Made by a program: the position numbers and the translations under genes. A model generated the notes under the pieces. It worked only from the letters and a program-made list of their open reading frames with translations. It did no database searches and was not told the origin of the DNA. 64,000 bases of DNA from Vitrella brassicaformis CCMP3155 (taxonomy: Eukaryota; Protista; Chromerida), in NCBI GenBank assembly GCA_001179505.1, contig CDMY01000352.1, positions 1-64,000 of the forward strand, read 5' to 3'. Positions 25,796 through 38,520 of the stretch are shown piece after piece (position 1 is the stretch's first letter; every line of letters begins with the position of its first letter).

Positions 25796-27122
25796 TTGCG
25801 CACAAGTCGCTTGCATTGCATTTTCTGACGTGGATTCACCGAGGCGCCTTCAGGTAGCTTGAAGGCATTGATGGTCACCGGCGTCGATTGGATGAGCAGA
25901 AGTGCTGCCGGAAAATGTGCGTGTCTCTCTTGCCATGCTTAATTTGACGTGAATCTCTCGGGGCCTGGCTTCCGTTCTCCATTCCATCGTGTATCCGTGT
26001 GTGTCTCAACCTCAAAACACATGTATCAGAGAAGCAGAGGCCGTCGCAAAGGTACGAGTCACGAAACCACACCATAACTGAATACATCCGATCCAAATCA
26101 TGGAACGCAGCAGCCAAATTAACGCCGACACAAACATAACCATGGCCAACCCACCAATGTCACATCTTGGCTTGCAAGAGAGAGACGAAAACGGTGGATG
26201 TCGTGCGAATGAATTTGGGTCTCAGAGGGGTGGGGCGACGGACCGCCTTCTTGTGACGGCCTGCCCTCCCGCTGACTCCCATGTGTTTCTTACATGGGTG
26301 TGTGTACTGTATATGTATCTGTATCTGTATGTGGGAAGGCAGACAGAGCCAACAAACGAGTGACCGCTCGAGAGCGATTGCCACATGTGATGCTGCTCTG
26401 CTGCCTCGCCTCTTCTCTACCGCACTGCACTGCACTGTGGCGACGCTCGTGGCTTGTATGATCACAGACCACTTGGCCGCTCACAGGATGCCTGACAGCA
26501 GCAGAGACACATAGAGAGAGACGTATCAGATTGGTCTGTATGCGTGCCCTCACTGTGTGTCGGGACGTTGGTGTGTATGTATGCGTCTATGTCGATGGTT
26601 GCGCATGAAGCAGTCATCGATTGATCGATCATCCATTCATTGCAAGTTCGCATTGCATACACACACGCGTCTGCGTTTGTGTGTGTGTCTATTGGGTACT
26701 CATCTGCTACTCAGTGACAAGAAAGTATGCATGGAGCGCTACAGGTTGCTCTATCGCTGGTGCTTGGCTGGCTGGCTAGAGGGAAAATCGCCAGTATCGA
26801 TCGATGTGGTTGGTGGTGAGCTCTCTCTCTGACACACCCACCCACACGAACACGAAGAACATGAACATGTAACTGCGGTGACGGCATTCAAACGCCGATT
26901 CAAAGCACAGACAGCTGAGGCTGGTCGCCTCGCATGCGTACGTATATGTATGTATATACGTATATGTATGCAGACGTATGCAAGTGTGCAAGTAGGTATG
27001 CAAGTATGTATGTGGCGACATGCATTCATGCATCCCTCTTTCCGCGTGTGTACGCATACCATGACCAGGTCCTTGCCTGGGGGATGGTGTGTTGATGAGC
27101 TGAGTTGCGTCGATGAAGAGAA

Positions 27123-30100
27123 TTAGTAGCTGGGTGGAAAGCCGTCGAAGTCGTCACTGAACAGACACGCAACGATGAATGATGGATCACCGATCGTCAT
27201 TGTGTCGTGCATGCAAGGATTGACCTGCGTGGGGGTGCGCCGCGTCCGCGTCCGCCTTGCCGCCCTTGCCGCCCTTGGGGGCCTTCTTGGCCGCTTTGCC
27301 CTTCTTGTCCTTGCCGCCCTTCTTCTCCCCGGCTGTATCCGACAACGAGCACGTGAGACTGGTCGGCTGTGGCAGCACTTTATTGAGAGCCTCCAGCACA
27401 ACACTGCACACCACACACACACACGCACGGAGGGAGGGCGAAAGACAAAGAAACAAACATGCAATCCATGCCGTGCATAAGAGAGACATGAGGTGCGTCC
27501 CCGGGCTTACGTGCACAGCTCTTCAAAGCCTGTCTCTGCCTCAAATGTGACAATGAGAGTCTTGACGAGCGTCTCAACCGCCTCTGCGGAGAGTTTCTCG
27601 AGCAGCATGTCTTCAGGCAGCTTCAGTAGGTCGACAAGCAGCTCCTCCGCATCCTTGAGGCCGAGCACCTTGAAGAGCTCCTCAGCGAAGCTATCGAGGG
27701 CAATGCTCTTGGGAAGGTCGAGGATTGAGAAGACTGCGCACATCCAGACACAGACAAGACGGGCAGGCACACACGACATCCATCCGTGCGTCCACGCTTC
27801 CAATCGTCACGTATTTGTGGAGTACGTACCCAGAACTTCTGCCTCATAGGTCTTGTTTGCGGCGATGAGACAGTCCACATAATCCTCGACGGTCTTGTTA
27901 GCGATCAGCTCCGGAGCGTCCAGAAAGTCGCACATCGTTGCCATCTCTCCTCGGTTTTGTCGGCGACGTCTGTAGGGACAGAAGGCCGGGTAGCCGTAAT
28001 AGTCGCTACAGCAGCAGTAGGGGTAGGAGTAGTACGTGGTGTAGTAGATATAATCGTAATTGCCGCATAGGTAGCTACAGGTGCTGGCAGTATATTGTTC
28101 TGTGCTGCCGTCCAGAACATCTGTCGCGGAATCCGCAAGATCCGCCGCTTCTGTGTCGTTCAGGGTCGTATTTAGAACATCCGTCACGCAATCCTCAACA
28201 TCCGCCGTAAGTTGTTCTTTCTTGGGGGGTTGGTCTTTGGCGGCCATTTTGGAGAGCTCCTTGCCCTTCTTCTTCGCAACTTCAGCAATGACGTGTGTGA
28301 TGATTGCCTTGCCGTCAAGCTGGCACACATACACACACAGGTGACCGCAACAGACAGGCAATGATGAACCAGAGAGTGAGTGAGCATCCAATGAATGCTC
28401 GTGAACTGAGTGAGCACCGCGGCGGTGGTCACCTTGGTGGTCATGACGCTCTTGTCGCCCTTTCCGCGAGCCAAGCTGATGACGGCTTGCAGCGCCTTGC
28501 GGTCCAACCCACTTATGAGATCACTGCATCACACACACACACACACACACAAATCAGATGTGAGACCTGTTGAGCATGTGCGCCTCGCACTCACGGGATG
28601 GCTTTGTCGAGGCCCTTGTCATTCTTGAATGCGGCTACAAACCCTTCCAACATGGCAGCCGCCACCGATGGCGACTCGAACGTCCTGCCCGCGATCAGGT
28701 CTTTCGAAGCGGCCAGGCCGCGGCGACCGAAGATTGCTGACGACCAACACAGCAACCAACAACCAAGCACCACAGACACACAGGACAGCTGACGTCTGTG
28801 TGTGCGTGTGTGAGTCGTGAATGGCTACAACTGAGGATGTCGTCGGATGTTGTCGGACACGCCCAAACAAAGGCCTCCGCCACATCCACTGCGAGACATG
28901 CGTACATGTGATAATGCAGGCTCCCATGTCAACACACTCAGCCATCTCAGAACTCACGTTCTTCTTCCTGCGAGAGGCCAGCGAGGCATGTCTTGCTGAA
29001 TGCCTGGAGCTGAGCGGTGGTCGGTGGGTCAGACGCCAAAATAGCCTTGATCTCTGCAGAGGTGTCGCAGGCGTCGACCAGCGGAATATCATCGTCAGCC
29101 TTGACATTGCTGGCGTCCAGTCGCGAGATGACGCCATCTACAGTGCACACGCCTCCTCGGTTGCCTTGCCATGCTTGCCCTTTTTCTTGCGCTTCTCCAC
29201 GCCAGCCTTGGGCTTCTCTCCCTTGAGCTTGGCCATCGCCTTCTTGGCTGCGTCAGCAAAGTACGCCGCCACAGGCCTACCCTCAACCTTGAACGAGAGA
29301 AGGGATGAGTCACCCTTGCCGGCAGCCGACCCGCCGAATGTCTTCTCCAGCACGTCAAGGAGCATTCTCGGCTCCAGGCTCTCCAGGATCTTGGTGAGCT
29401 CCTTGCCAGCGCCCGGTGTGTCGGCAAACTGCTTGGCGTACTTGAGCAGGAAGGGGACGGCGAGCTCGGGGTGGTTCTCGGGCTTGAAGAGGTCGCTGTC
29501 GAAGAAGAGTCCGACCAGCTTGGTCGCCTCAGAAAGCCCCATGTCCTCCAGGATGAAAGTCAGCGCCTCCAAGTACTTAGGCAAGTTGACGAAAACAGTG
29601 ACTGAGTGTGACAGTAAGGAAACCAATCAGGCAGTAACATAGCTGTCTATGGGCTCTGGCGGCGCGTACCGATGCCCTCCAGGAATTGGTCTGGCGTATG
29701 GACCAAGTCCTTGAGGACCTTCGTGATGATCGGCGCTATCCGTTCACCGTTCTTCTCGGTGGGACATACCATCCACACGACACACACGGACACAGACACA
29801 GGCACAGACAGAACAAGCGAACATCATACACGGAACGGAAAAATTCCCAGCCACAGTCGTGTTTGTATTCCAGCAGCTGCCCCAACGTACTACAGCTGAC
29901 ACGTCAAGCTCGGAAACGGCGTCGACGATTCCATCGATGACGTCCGCTGGCACATCAGTCTGCTCCTTCTTGGCGCCTTCTGCATACATATCACGGCATG
30001 ACACAGCACGAAGAAAGTGAATCCAGTACTCGTCGAGCGGTGTTTGTGGCGTCCTTCACCTGTTTGCGGTGTGAGGAATGTGCCGGGCTGCTGCGGCGGG

Positions 30101-30159
30101 GCGGCCGACGCAGAGAGGATGAGGGCCGCCAGGGCGGCTACCGCTACATTCCCCCTCAT
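27123..30159 (-). CDS. Secreted modular acidic protein, short paralog (one apparent frameshift at ~29148)
   Basis: Signal peptide MRGNVAVAALAALILSASA; multiple exons; acidic modules separated by K/R-rich linkers; own last exon DDFDGFPPSY*. KATEEAC is followed by TAG at 29138-29140, while CTVDGVISRL continues in another frame. Confidence 0.65.
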
Positions 30160-30279
30160 TTGGGCCGTATACTACGCGGTAGGAGATAAACAAGGCAGGC
30201 TTTTTAAGCGGTGGCTTAGCACAGCGTTCAATTAGCCAACGGCCGATCTTTGTAAATTTGGCGTCGGGAGCTCTTGCTG

Positions 30280-30470
30280 TGTGCTCCGTTCGGTGCTGCT
30301 GGTGACCGCCGGCCACGCGGCAATCGCGGCCGACCCCGATGCGGTGAGAAGGGAGGGAGCTCCAGGAGGGAGAGAGAGAGGGCCAGACAGGGAGAGCCGC
30401 ACATGCCGAATCACCCACCCGCCACACTGCCACAACAGCTGCTATCACACACACACTTACACACATACAC
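30280..30470 (+). pseudogene. Truncated PEBP remnant
   Basis: Matches 38531-38578, then jumps straight to GACCCCGATGCG|GTGAGA (~38755), an internal deletion of ~170 nt. The start codon is lost and the remnant ends at the duplication junction. Confidence 0.8.
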
Positions 30471-31589
30471 AAAGAACTGATCGCCTCTCCACACCGGAGT
30501 AAGAGGTCGAAGGTCTGCCGCTCCCTCTCGTCGCTGCTGAGTGAGGAGAGATCTGCCCGGTAGCTGTTGGGCGGAAGGACACACGGCTGGCCTCTGCGGG
30601 ACGACTTAAGTGCTTCTAGATGGTTTTGACTCATTGCAAGGCTGGCCCTGAGTGCAAGGCTGGCCTTTCAGCTGGAGGGCTGGCCCTGTGGCTGCAGGGC
30701 TGGTTCTGCAGCTACAAGCTGGCCTTCTGACTGCAGGGCTGGCCCCAGGGGCAGACATGGCAGCCTTCGGCCGCAAAATGTCCGTGTCTCTCTTGCCATG
30801 CTTAATTTGACATGAACCTCTCTCAGGGGCCTGGCTTCCGTTCTCCATTCCATCGTGTATCCGTGTGTGTCTCAACCTCAAAACACATGTATCAGAAGAG
30901 CAGAGGCCGTCGCAAACCACATCATAAGTGAATGCATCCGATCCAAATCATGGATCGCAGCAGCCAAATTAACGCCGACATGGCCAACCCACCAATGTCA
31001 CATCTTGGCTTGCAAGAGAGAGACGAAAACGGCGGATGTCGTGCGCATAAATTTGGGTCTCAGAGGGGTGGGGCGACGGACCGCCTTAATTGTTTTTGAC
31101 GGCCTGCCCTCCCGCCGACTCCCATGTGTTTCTTACATGGGTGTGTGTACTGTATATGTATCTGTATGTGTCTGTGGGGAGGCAGACAGAGCCAACAAAC
31201 GAGTGACCGCTCGAGAGCGATTGCCACATGTGATGCTGCTCTGCTGCCTTGCCTCTCCTCTACCGCACTGCACTGTACTGTACTGTACCCAGCTTCAAGC
31301 GCACGTGTGTGTGGAGTGGAGCAAGAAAGACAAAAAGAGAGAGACACTACCGCCTCACTACCGCATGAATGAATGGCATTAGGGCAGCATGTATGGACGT
31401 ACAGAAAATTGCCCGGCCGGCTGCATGGCCATGCAGCCATGCACATGTGCGTACATGTACGTATCGAAAAACGCCGACCATATCACTGACCTATGGCAGC
31501 CCCTTGTCTTGCCGCCCTCCCTGCTCGATGCCGACCGAGTTGACGATAACCACCATACACCAACCACCATCTTCCAAGGATGCGGCCCG

Positions 31590-34500
31590 TTATAGGAAGG
31601 CATCTTTGAACTGTTGGATCAGCTCTGCATTTGCCTCCAGGGCCTCGAGTTGCGCTTCGACAAGACCTGCACAAGAGACGGAGCCACAGGCAGGCAGAAG
31701 ACAGACAGACCGGGGTGGGCACATACACATACACACATACGTACCTGCAAAGTCTTCGGCGGTGCAATTCGGTGGCAACGTGTCGCGGAAGGTGCCAACG
31801 AGAGTTTGAAACGCATCCTCGTTGCCCATGAAATCCACGAGAAGGCCAGCTGCACGCGACGGACACCACACTTTTCACACATTCAGCTAGCTGGCTGTGA
31901 TCGGCTGTGTCTGTCTGGCTCGTCCATCGATTCAGCTTACGGACACGCACGTGCTCACTTACCGAGTAGGGCAGCGAGTTCCTCGCAGTCCTGTTCCTTG
32001 ACGGCCTTGCTGCCCTCCTTCTGCTTGCCAGCCGTCTTGCCGGGTATCACGGGAGTGGCATCGGTAGGGCAGGTGAAAGTCATGGTCTTGAGTGCAGCAG
32101 TGAAAGCGTCGACCTGGTCGGGAAGTAGCTGCTGTTTCACTTTCTCTAGCGCTGCGTCTGTCACCACACATGAGTCAGACGAGACGAGCAGCTTGCATCG
32201 AGTTATATACTGTGTGACAACCTCGTGTATTGTACCCATGAAGCCATCGAGGCCTCCTGAAGATTGGCAGATGATCAATCCGTAGATACCCAGGAAGAAG
32301 TCAATGGCTGCCCCATCACCACCATTGGCGCCCGTGAATATGGAAACTGAAGACAGCGAGAGAGAGACGCCGATGGAAATGCCGTTGTCTTCGCCTTCCT
32401 GCCTTGCGAGAATCGCTCTCTGCTCATCCATCCATGTGTGCATGCTTACTCATGATGACAATCAGCACAGTAAAACTAATAGTGAACTGTTCCTTGACGG
32501 CCTTGCTGCCCTCCTTCTGCTTGCCAGCCGTCTTGCCGGGTATCACGGCAGTGGCATCGGTAGGGCAGGTGAAAGTCATATCCTTGAGTGCAGCAGTGAA
32601 GTCGTCGACCTGGTTGGGGCTGGTGGAGATCATCTTCGCTTCGACAGAATCTAGATGTCATCACACACGCATCAGACAAGTGGGTGTGTGACACATACTG
32701 TCTGATGCGCCGCGTCGCGTACCGAAGAAGCCAGACAGGCCTCCTGAGGATTGGCAGATGAACAATCCGTAAATACTCAGGAAAAAGTCAATGGCCTTGC
32801 CATCACCGTCACCGCCCGTGAATATGGAAACTGAACACAGCCAGAGAGAGACACCCATCGGAAATGCTCTTGTCTTCGCCTGCCTTGCGAGAATCGCTCT
32901 CTGCTCATCTATCCATGTGCGCGCGCTTACTCATGAGCACAATGAGCACTGAAATAGTCTGTTCCTGGACGGCCTTGTCGCCCTGCTTCTCCTCGCTGCC
33001 TGCCGCGTCGGAGGCCTGCCGCAAGGCGTCAATCAGCTCGTCAATCTTCGCGTCCGTCAGGCCAAGCTTGCCGGCCTGGATGCGCAGCTCCTCAATGATG
33101 TCAGCTGCACAGCGAGACGGCCAATCGTGGGTGCATACGTGTCCTCTTGTCATCAGCTGTCCTCCCTCCCTCCCTCCCTCCCTCCCATGTGTGTGTGTGT
33201 GTGTCGGTCTCGATGTAGGTGTACCAACCAATAGAGAGGTCACTGAGCTTGAAGAGCGCCGTCGCAGTGTCGATGCAGCTGGCGTCTTGACAGATGGACA
33301 GGAACAACCGGACTGAGACATCACACACACACATGGCAGCACAGACACAAGAGCAGATGTCAGTCAGTCAGTCTGCCTGTCACCCTGCCGCGCTGTGTGT
33401 GGTATGCGTGGATGCGTACCGAACTGTTCAGGCTTGAGAAAACCGGGGATGGTGACAATAGGGCCCTGCTCCTTGCCCCTCTTGCTGCCCTTGTCCTTCT
33501 GCTGCTTGCCCTTGTTGTCTTTGCACACAACGGGGTTGTCGGCGTCGATCCCTTCAAGCGCGTACTGCACCGACACAGTGAACTGGACACTGTCGACAGC
33601 CTCTGGACGCACACCCAACACAGGCGGGGGGAAGGGGAACGAACGACGAATGGGTTCTTCCAGTCAGCTCTCTCTCTCTCTCTCTGGATGTGTGTGTGTG
33701 TGTGTGCCGGTGTGTGTGACGACACCAGCTTACTTACCGAGGAGTTTGTCGAGGCTCTCGGGAGGCACCGTCGAGCTGACAAACTTGGCCACCTCACTGA
33801 AGCATTTGTCGCGAATCCTCACTTGGTTGCAGGGGCCCTCAAGGTATGCTTCTGAGAGGACGGACGGCACCACCGACAGGCAGATAGAGACACATGGGAC
33901 GGATGGATCTGTTCGGTGCGTGAACCAAGTGCGTACTTATGACTCTTGCGATCTCGTCCACCTTGGCCGCAAAGTCAGCAGGGTGACTGGTGCCTGAAGC
34001 GGTCGTGGTATTAGTCACGTCTCCAGTCGTCTTCATGACAGACACGTCAGATACTTCAGTCTTATTGGTTGGCTGAGATACTTCTCTCTTGTCGATTGTC
34101 GTATCCTCCTTCTTGGCGGTGCTGCCCTGTGACCGCCGGCAGATGACTTGGTCTGAGCAGGCGAGCGTCGAGAAATCCAGCAGGGCCTGACTCACAGGCT
34201 CCAGCTGTGTCCACGCATTGAACTTGGCTGCGAACTCTGGAGCACGGGTGGTGCCCTCGTCGGCGTCCACCGCCTTGACAGTACACCACACATCAGCTGC
34301 AGCCACCCACGCACGAACGCACGCACCCACCAAGATATGTCGAGTCGTGTGCGTGCTGTTTTGGCGTGTGCCTCACTGGCAAGTGACTGAGCGGATGCCT
34401 GGTTGGCCCCCAGGCCGAGTTGCCTGAACGCCGAGTTAACCAAAGCCTGTCTCAGGTCTTCACCAGCGGCATCGACGGCCTTAATAGCCTTGTACGAGAA

Positions 34501-37500
34501 AGCTGCATACACACACACACACACACAGACACACACATCCATGTGGTGCACATGAATGTTGCATGTCCGTCCGTCTGTCTGTCTGTCTGTCTGAATGTGT
34601 GTGAGTACCGAGCTGATCCACAAGCAGGGGGTTGTAGTCTTTGAGGTTGACGAGGCACAAAAGAACATAGCTGTCGACGTCGGCCGACTGGACCGGTAGG
34701 TCTCCGCACGCCTCGGGGGCGTCGATCTCTTTGGTGCGAGCGCACCGGGCCCCTCCATCCCTCCCCGTGGCTGTGCTGGCAGCCGTCTCAGCAGCCTCTA
34801 CGATCTTTTCTATCTGATCCTCACGTAGACCGGCTTTAGTCGCCAAATCCCTGATGGACAGGACAGCAGGACGATGGGTGGTCATGACCGATGAATGTAT
34901 CCATGTGTCTGTGTGTATGGCCGCTTACGTAACCACAGCTATATCGAACGTGAACAGGTCGCCGAGCTCGAGGGCGAAGACTTCAAGTAGTCTCTCTTCG
35001 ACATCGTTCTCGAAGACCTCCTCCGCAATGACCGCCTCCAAAAGCTTCAAAGTCGTTTCAAAGTCGTCAAGCGCGCCACCGAACAGGTTCTCAAGGAAGA
35101 GGGCCTCCTCCTGTGGGTCGAGTTTCTCGAGAATGTCCTTGAGCAGCTCAATCTCATCAGCGGAGGTTTCCAGGAACTCCATAGCAATACCTACACAGAA
35201 GAGTTAGAGACCAAAGATCCGTGTGCGAATGTCTTGCGCGTGCCAGTCGCCTGCGCACCGAACAGCTTGGCATCCTCAGCAACGTTGTTCGTGATGCTAA
35301 GGAAGCAGCCGACTTCTGTGATTGAGCAGGGGAAGTCCATCTCCTTGCGCGCCTTTCCGCCCTTGGTGGCCTTCTTGGCCGGTTTGCCCTTCTTGTCCTT
35401 GCCGCCCTTCTTCTCCCCGGCTGTATCCGACAACGAGCACGTGAGACTCGTCGGCTGTGGCAGCACTTTATTGAGAGCCCCCAGCACAACACTGCACACA
35501 CACACACACACACACGTACGGAGGGAGGGCGAAAGAAAAAGAAACAAACATACAATCCATGCCGTGCATTAAAGAGACATGACGTGCGTCCCCGGGCTTA
35601 CGTGCACAGCTCTTCAAAGCCTGTCTCTGCCTCAAATGTGACGATGAGAGTCTCGACGAGCGTCTCAACCGCCTCCGCGGAGAGTTTCTCGAGCAGCATG
35701 TCTTCAGGCAGCTTCAGTAGGTCGACAAGCAGCTCCTCCGCATCCTTGAGGCCGAGCACCTTGAAGAGCTCCTCAGCGAAGCTATCGAGGGCAATGCTCT
35801 TGGGAAGGTCGAGGATTGAGAGGACTGCGCACACATCCAGACACAGACACGACGGACAGGCACACATGACATCCATCCGTGCGTCCACGCTTCCAATCGT
35901 CACGTGTTTGTGGAGTACGTACCAAGAACTTCTGCCTCATAGGTTTTGTTTGCGGCGATGAGACAGTCCACATAATCCTCGACGGCCTTGTTAGCGATCA
36001 GCTCCGGAGCGTCCAGAAAGTCGCACATCGTTGCCATCGCCGTCCGGTTTCGTCGGCGGCGGCGGCGTTGTTGGGCCGCTTCGACGGCCTCCTCAAAATC
36101 TGCGACATCTGCGGCCGGAATAGACTCAAGAGAGCTCTGGACGGCAGCTGCATGCAAAAATCAATCCCATGGCCACTGCATTGTCCATCGTCCTCTGCCA
36201 TCTGTGTGTGGCGGGGTACTTACTGATAAATGGAGAATCGGCTCCGAAGTCGTTGACGACTTGGTTGACGAGCTCTTGCTGCTCTTCAGTGGGGCCGTCG
36301 ACAAGGTTGGGGTCATCCAGCACCACGAAAACCGCAGCTGCATAGACGGCCGACATCCAAGGCGACACATGCTGTTTGTGTTTGCTGTTGTTGTTTCACT
36401 CAGACGTACCAACGGCCGCCTCCTGGAAATCTAGGCTCGGCAGAGAATCGATGCAGGAAGCGTAGAAATCCTCCACATCTTCTGGGCTGCTCAGGGTCGT
36501 CCTTCCAGCCAGAACATCCTCCACGCATCCCTGTTCTTTCTTGGCGGGTTGGTCTTTGGCGGCCATTTTGGAGAGCTCCTTGCCCTTCTTCCTCGCAACT
36601 TCAGCAATGACGTGTGTGATGATTACCTTGCCGTCAAGCTGGCACACATACACACACAGGTGACCGCAACAGACAGGCAATGATGAACCAGAGAGTGAGT
36701 GAGCATCCCCTGTAATGCTGCAGTAAGAGCGTGATTTGAGTGAGCACCTTGGTGGTCAGGAGGACGCTCTTGTTGCCCTTTCGGCGAGCCATGCTGATGA
36801 CGGCTTGCAGCGCCTTGCGGTCCAACCCACTTATGAGATCACTGCATCACACACACACACACACACAGATATAAGACGCGTTGAGCATGTGCGCCTCGCA
36901 CTCACGGGATGGCTTTGTCGAGGCCCTTGTCATTCTTGAATGTGGCTACAAACCCTTCCAACATGGCAGCCGCCACCGATGGCGACTCGAACGTCCTGCC
37001 TGCGATCAGGTGTTTCGAAGCGGCCAGGCCACGGCGACCGAAGATTGCTGACGACCAACACAGCAACCAACAACCAAGCACCACAGACACACAGGACAGC
37101 TGACGTCTTTGTGTGCGTGTGTGTGTGTCGTGGATGGCTACCACTGACTAGTTGCAGGGCGAGCTCAGGGTCGAAAGCCGAAAAGGCGGCCACCAAACCT
37201 CCTAGGGAGACAATGGCACGGTAGCATAGGAGGAGAGATGCCAACAGTTGCCAAAAGAGTGCTTTCTCCGGGAACTGACCGATAATCGGTTGCAGCTCAG
37301 TCGCCGAGAGCTCATCGAGGCACTCTTCGACAAATTCGTCGACGTCAGGGAGCACAGCCGCCAAGTCGCAGCCCCAGTCGACTGGAAGACCCTCCAAATC
37401 ATCAATGAGCTCCTCCAGCGTCGATTCCTTGACCGCCTTGTCCTGCTTGCTCTTTTTCTTGCGCTTGTCTACGCCAGCTTTGGGCTGCTGTCCCTTGAGC

Positions 37501-38416
37501 TTAGCCATCGCCTTCTTGGCTGCGTCAGCAAAGTACGCCGCCACAGGCCTACCCTCAACTGTGAACGAGAGGAGGGATGAGTCACCCCTGCCAGCAGCCG
37601 ACCCGCCGAATGTCTTCTCCAGCACGTCAAGGAGCATTCTCGGCTCCAGGCTCTCCAGGATCTTGGTGAGCTTCTTGCCAGCGCCCGGTGTGTCGGCAAA
37701 CTGCTTGGTGTACTTGAGCAGGAAGGGGCCGGCGAGCTCGGGGTGGTTCTCGGGCTTGAACAGGTCGCTGTCGAAGAAGAGTCCGACCAGCTTGGTCGCC
37801 TCAGAAAGCCCCATGTCCTCCAGGATGAAAGGCAGCGCCTCCAAGTACTTAGGCAAGTTGACGAAAACAGTGACTGAGTGCAACAGTAAGGAAACCAATC
37901 AGGTCGAAACATAGCTGTCTATGGGCTCTGGCGGCGCGTACCGATGCCCTCCAGGAATTGGTCTGGCGTATGGACCAAGTCCTTGAGGACCTTCGTGATG
38001 ATCGGCGCTATCCGTTCACTGTTCTTCTCGGTGGGACACACCATCCACACGACACACACACACACACACACACAGAACAAGCGAACATCATACACAAAAT
38101 TTCCCAGCCACGGTCGTGTTTGTATTCCAGCAGCTGCCCCAACGTACTACAGCTGACACGTCAAGCTCGGAAACGGCGTCGACGATTCCATCGATGACGT
38201 CCGCTGGCACATCAGTCTGCTCCTTCTTGGCGCCTTCTGCATACATATCACGGCATGACACAGCACAAAGAAAGTGATTCCAGTACTTGTCGAGCGGTGT
38301 TTGTGGCGTCCTTCACCTGTTTTCGGCGTGAGGAAGGTGCCGGGCTGCTGCGGCGGGGCGGCCGACGCAGAGAGGATGAGGGCCACCAGGGCGGCTACCG
38401 CTACATTCCCCCTCAT
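31590..38416 (-). CDS. Large secreted modular acidic protein (putative polyprotein), long paralog, ~20 exons
   Basis: Signal peptide MRGNVAVAALVALILSASA; successive GC3-rich exons encode acidic, helix-like, Cys-containing modules with recurring K..KEQ-type linkers; ends LIQQFKDAFL*. Continuity over every intron was not verified, so it could be two genes. Confidence 0.62.
31985..32975. repeat. Internal ~490-bp tandem duplication of one module plus linker
   Basis: IFTG..G...AIDFFL.IYGL.ICQSSGGL and TFTCPTDAT.VIPGKTAGKQKEGSKAVKEQ each occur twice, about 490 bp apart, with the introns duplicated too. Confidence 0.9.
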
Positions 38417-38520
38417 CTGGGCCGTATACAGGGAAATATCAGGGCAGGCTTTGAGCGGCGGTTTAGCACAGCGTTCAATTAGCCAACGGCCGTAAATCTG
38501 TCGTATCGGGTCGTTTTCTT

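Larger units (their letters stand above)
25573..30480. repeat. Tandem duplication unit 1 (downstream spacer, short modular gene, truncated PEBP)
   Basis: 25573-26437 matches 30503-31280, 27270-30260 matches 35357-38490 in blocks, and 30280-30390 matches the PEBP 5' end. The junction is at ~30480-30500. Confidence 0.9.

Noticed and set aside
25573-26437. ~860-bp sequence repeated at 30503-31280 as a non-autonomous transposon or SINE
   Set aside because: I saw no TIRs or TSD, and both copies occupy the same position downstream of the modular gene, so it is part of the tandem duplication unit.
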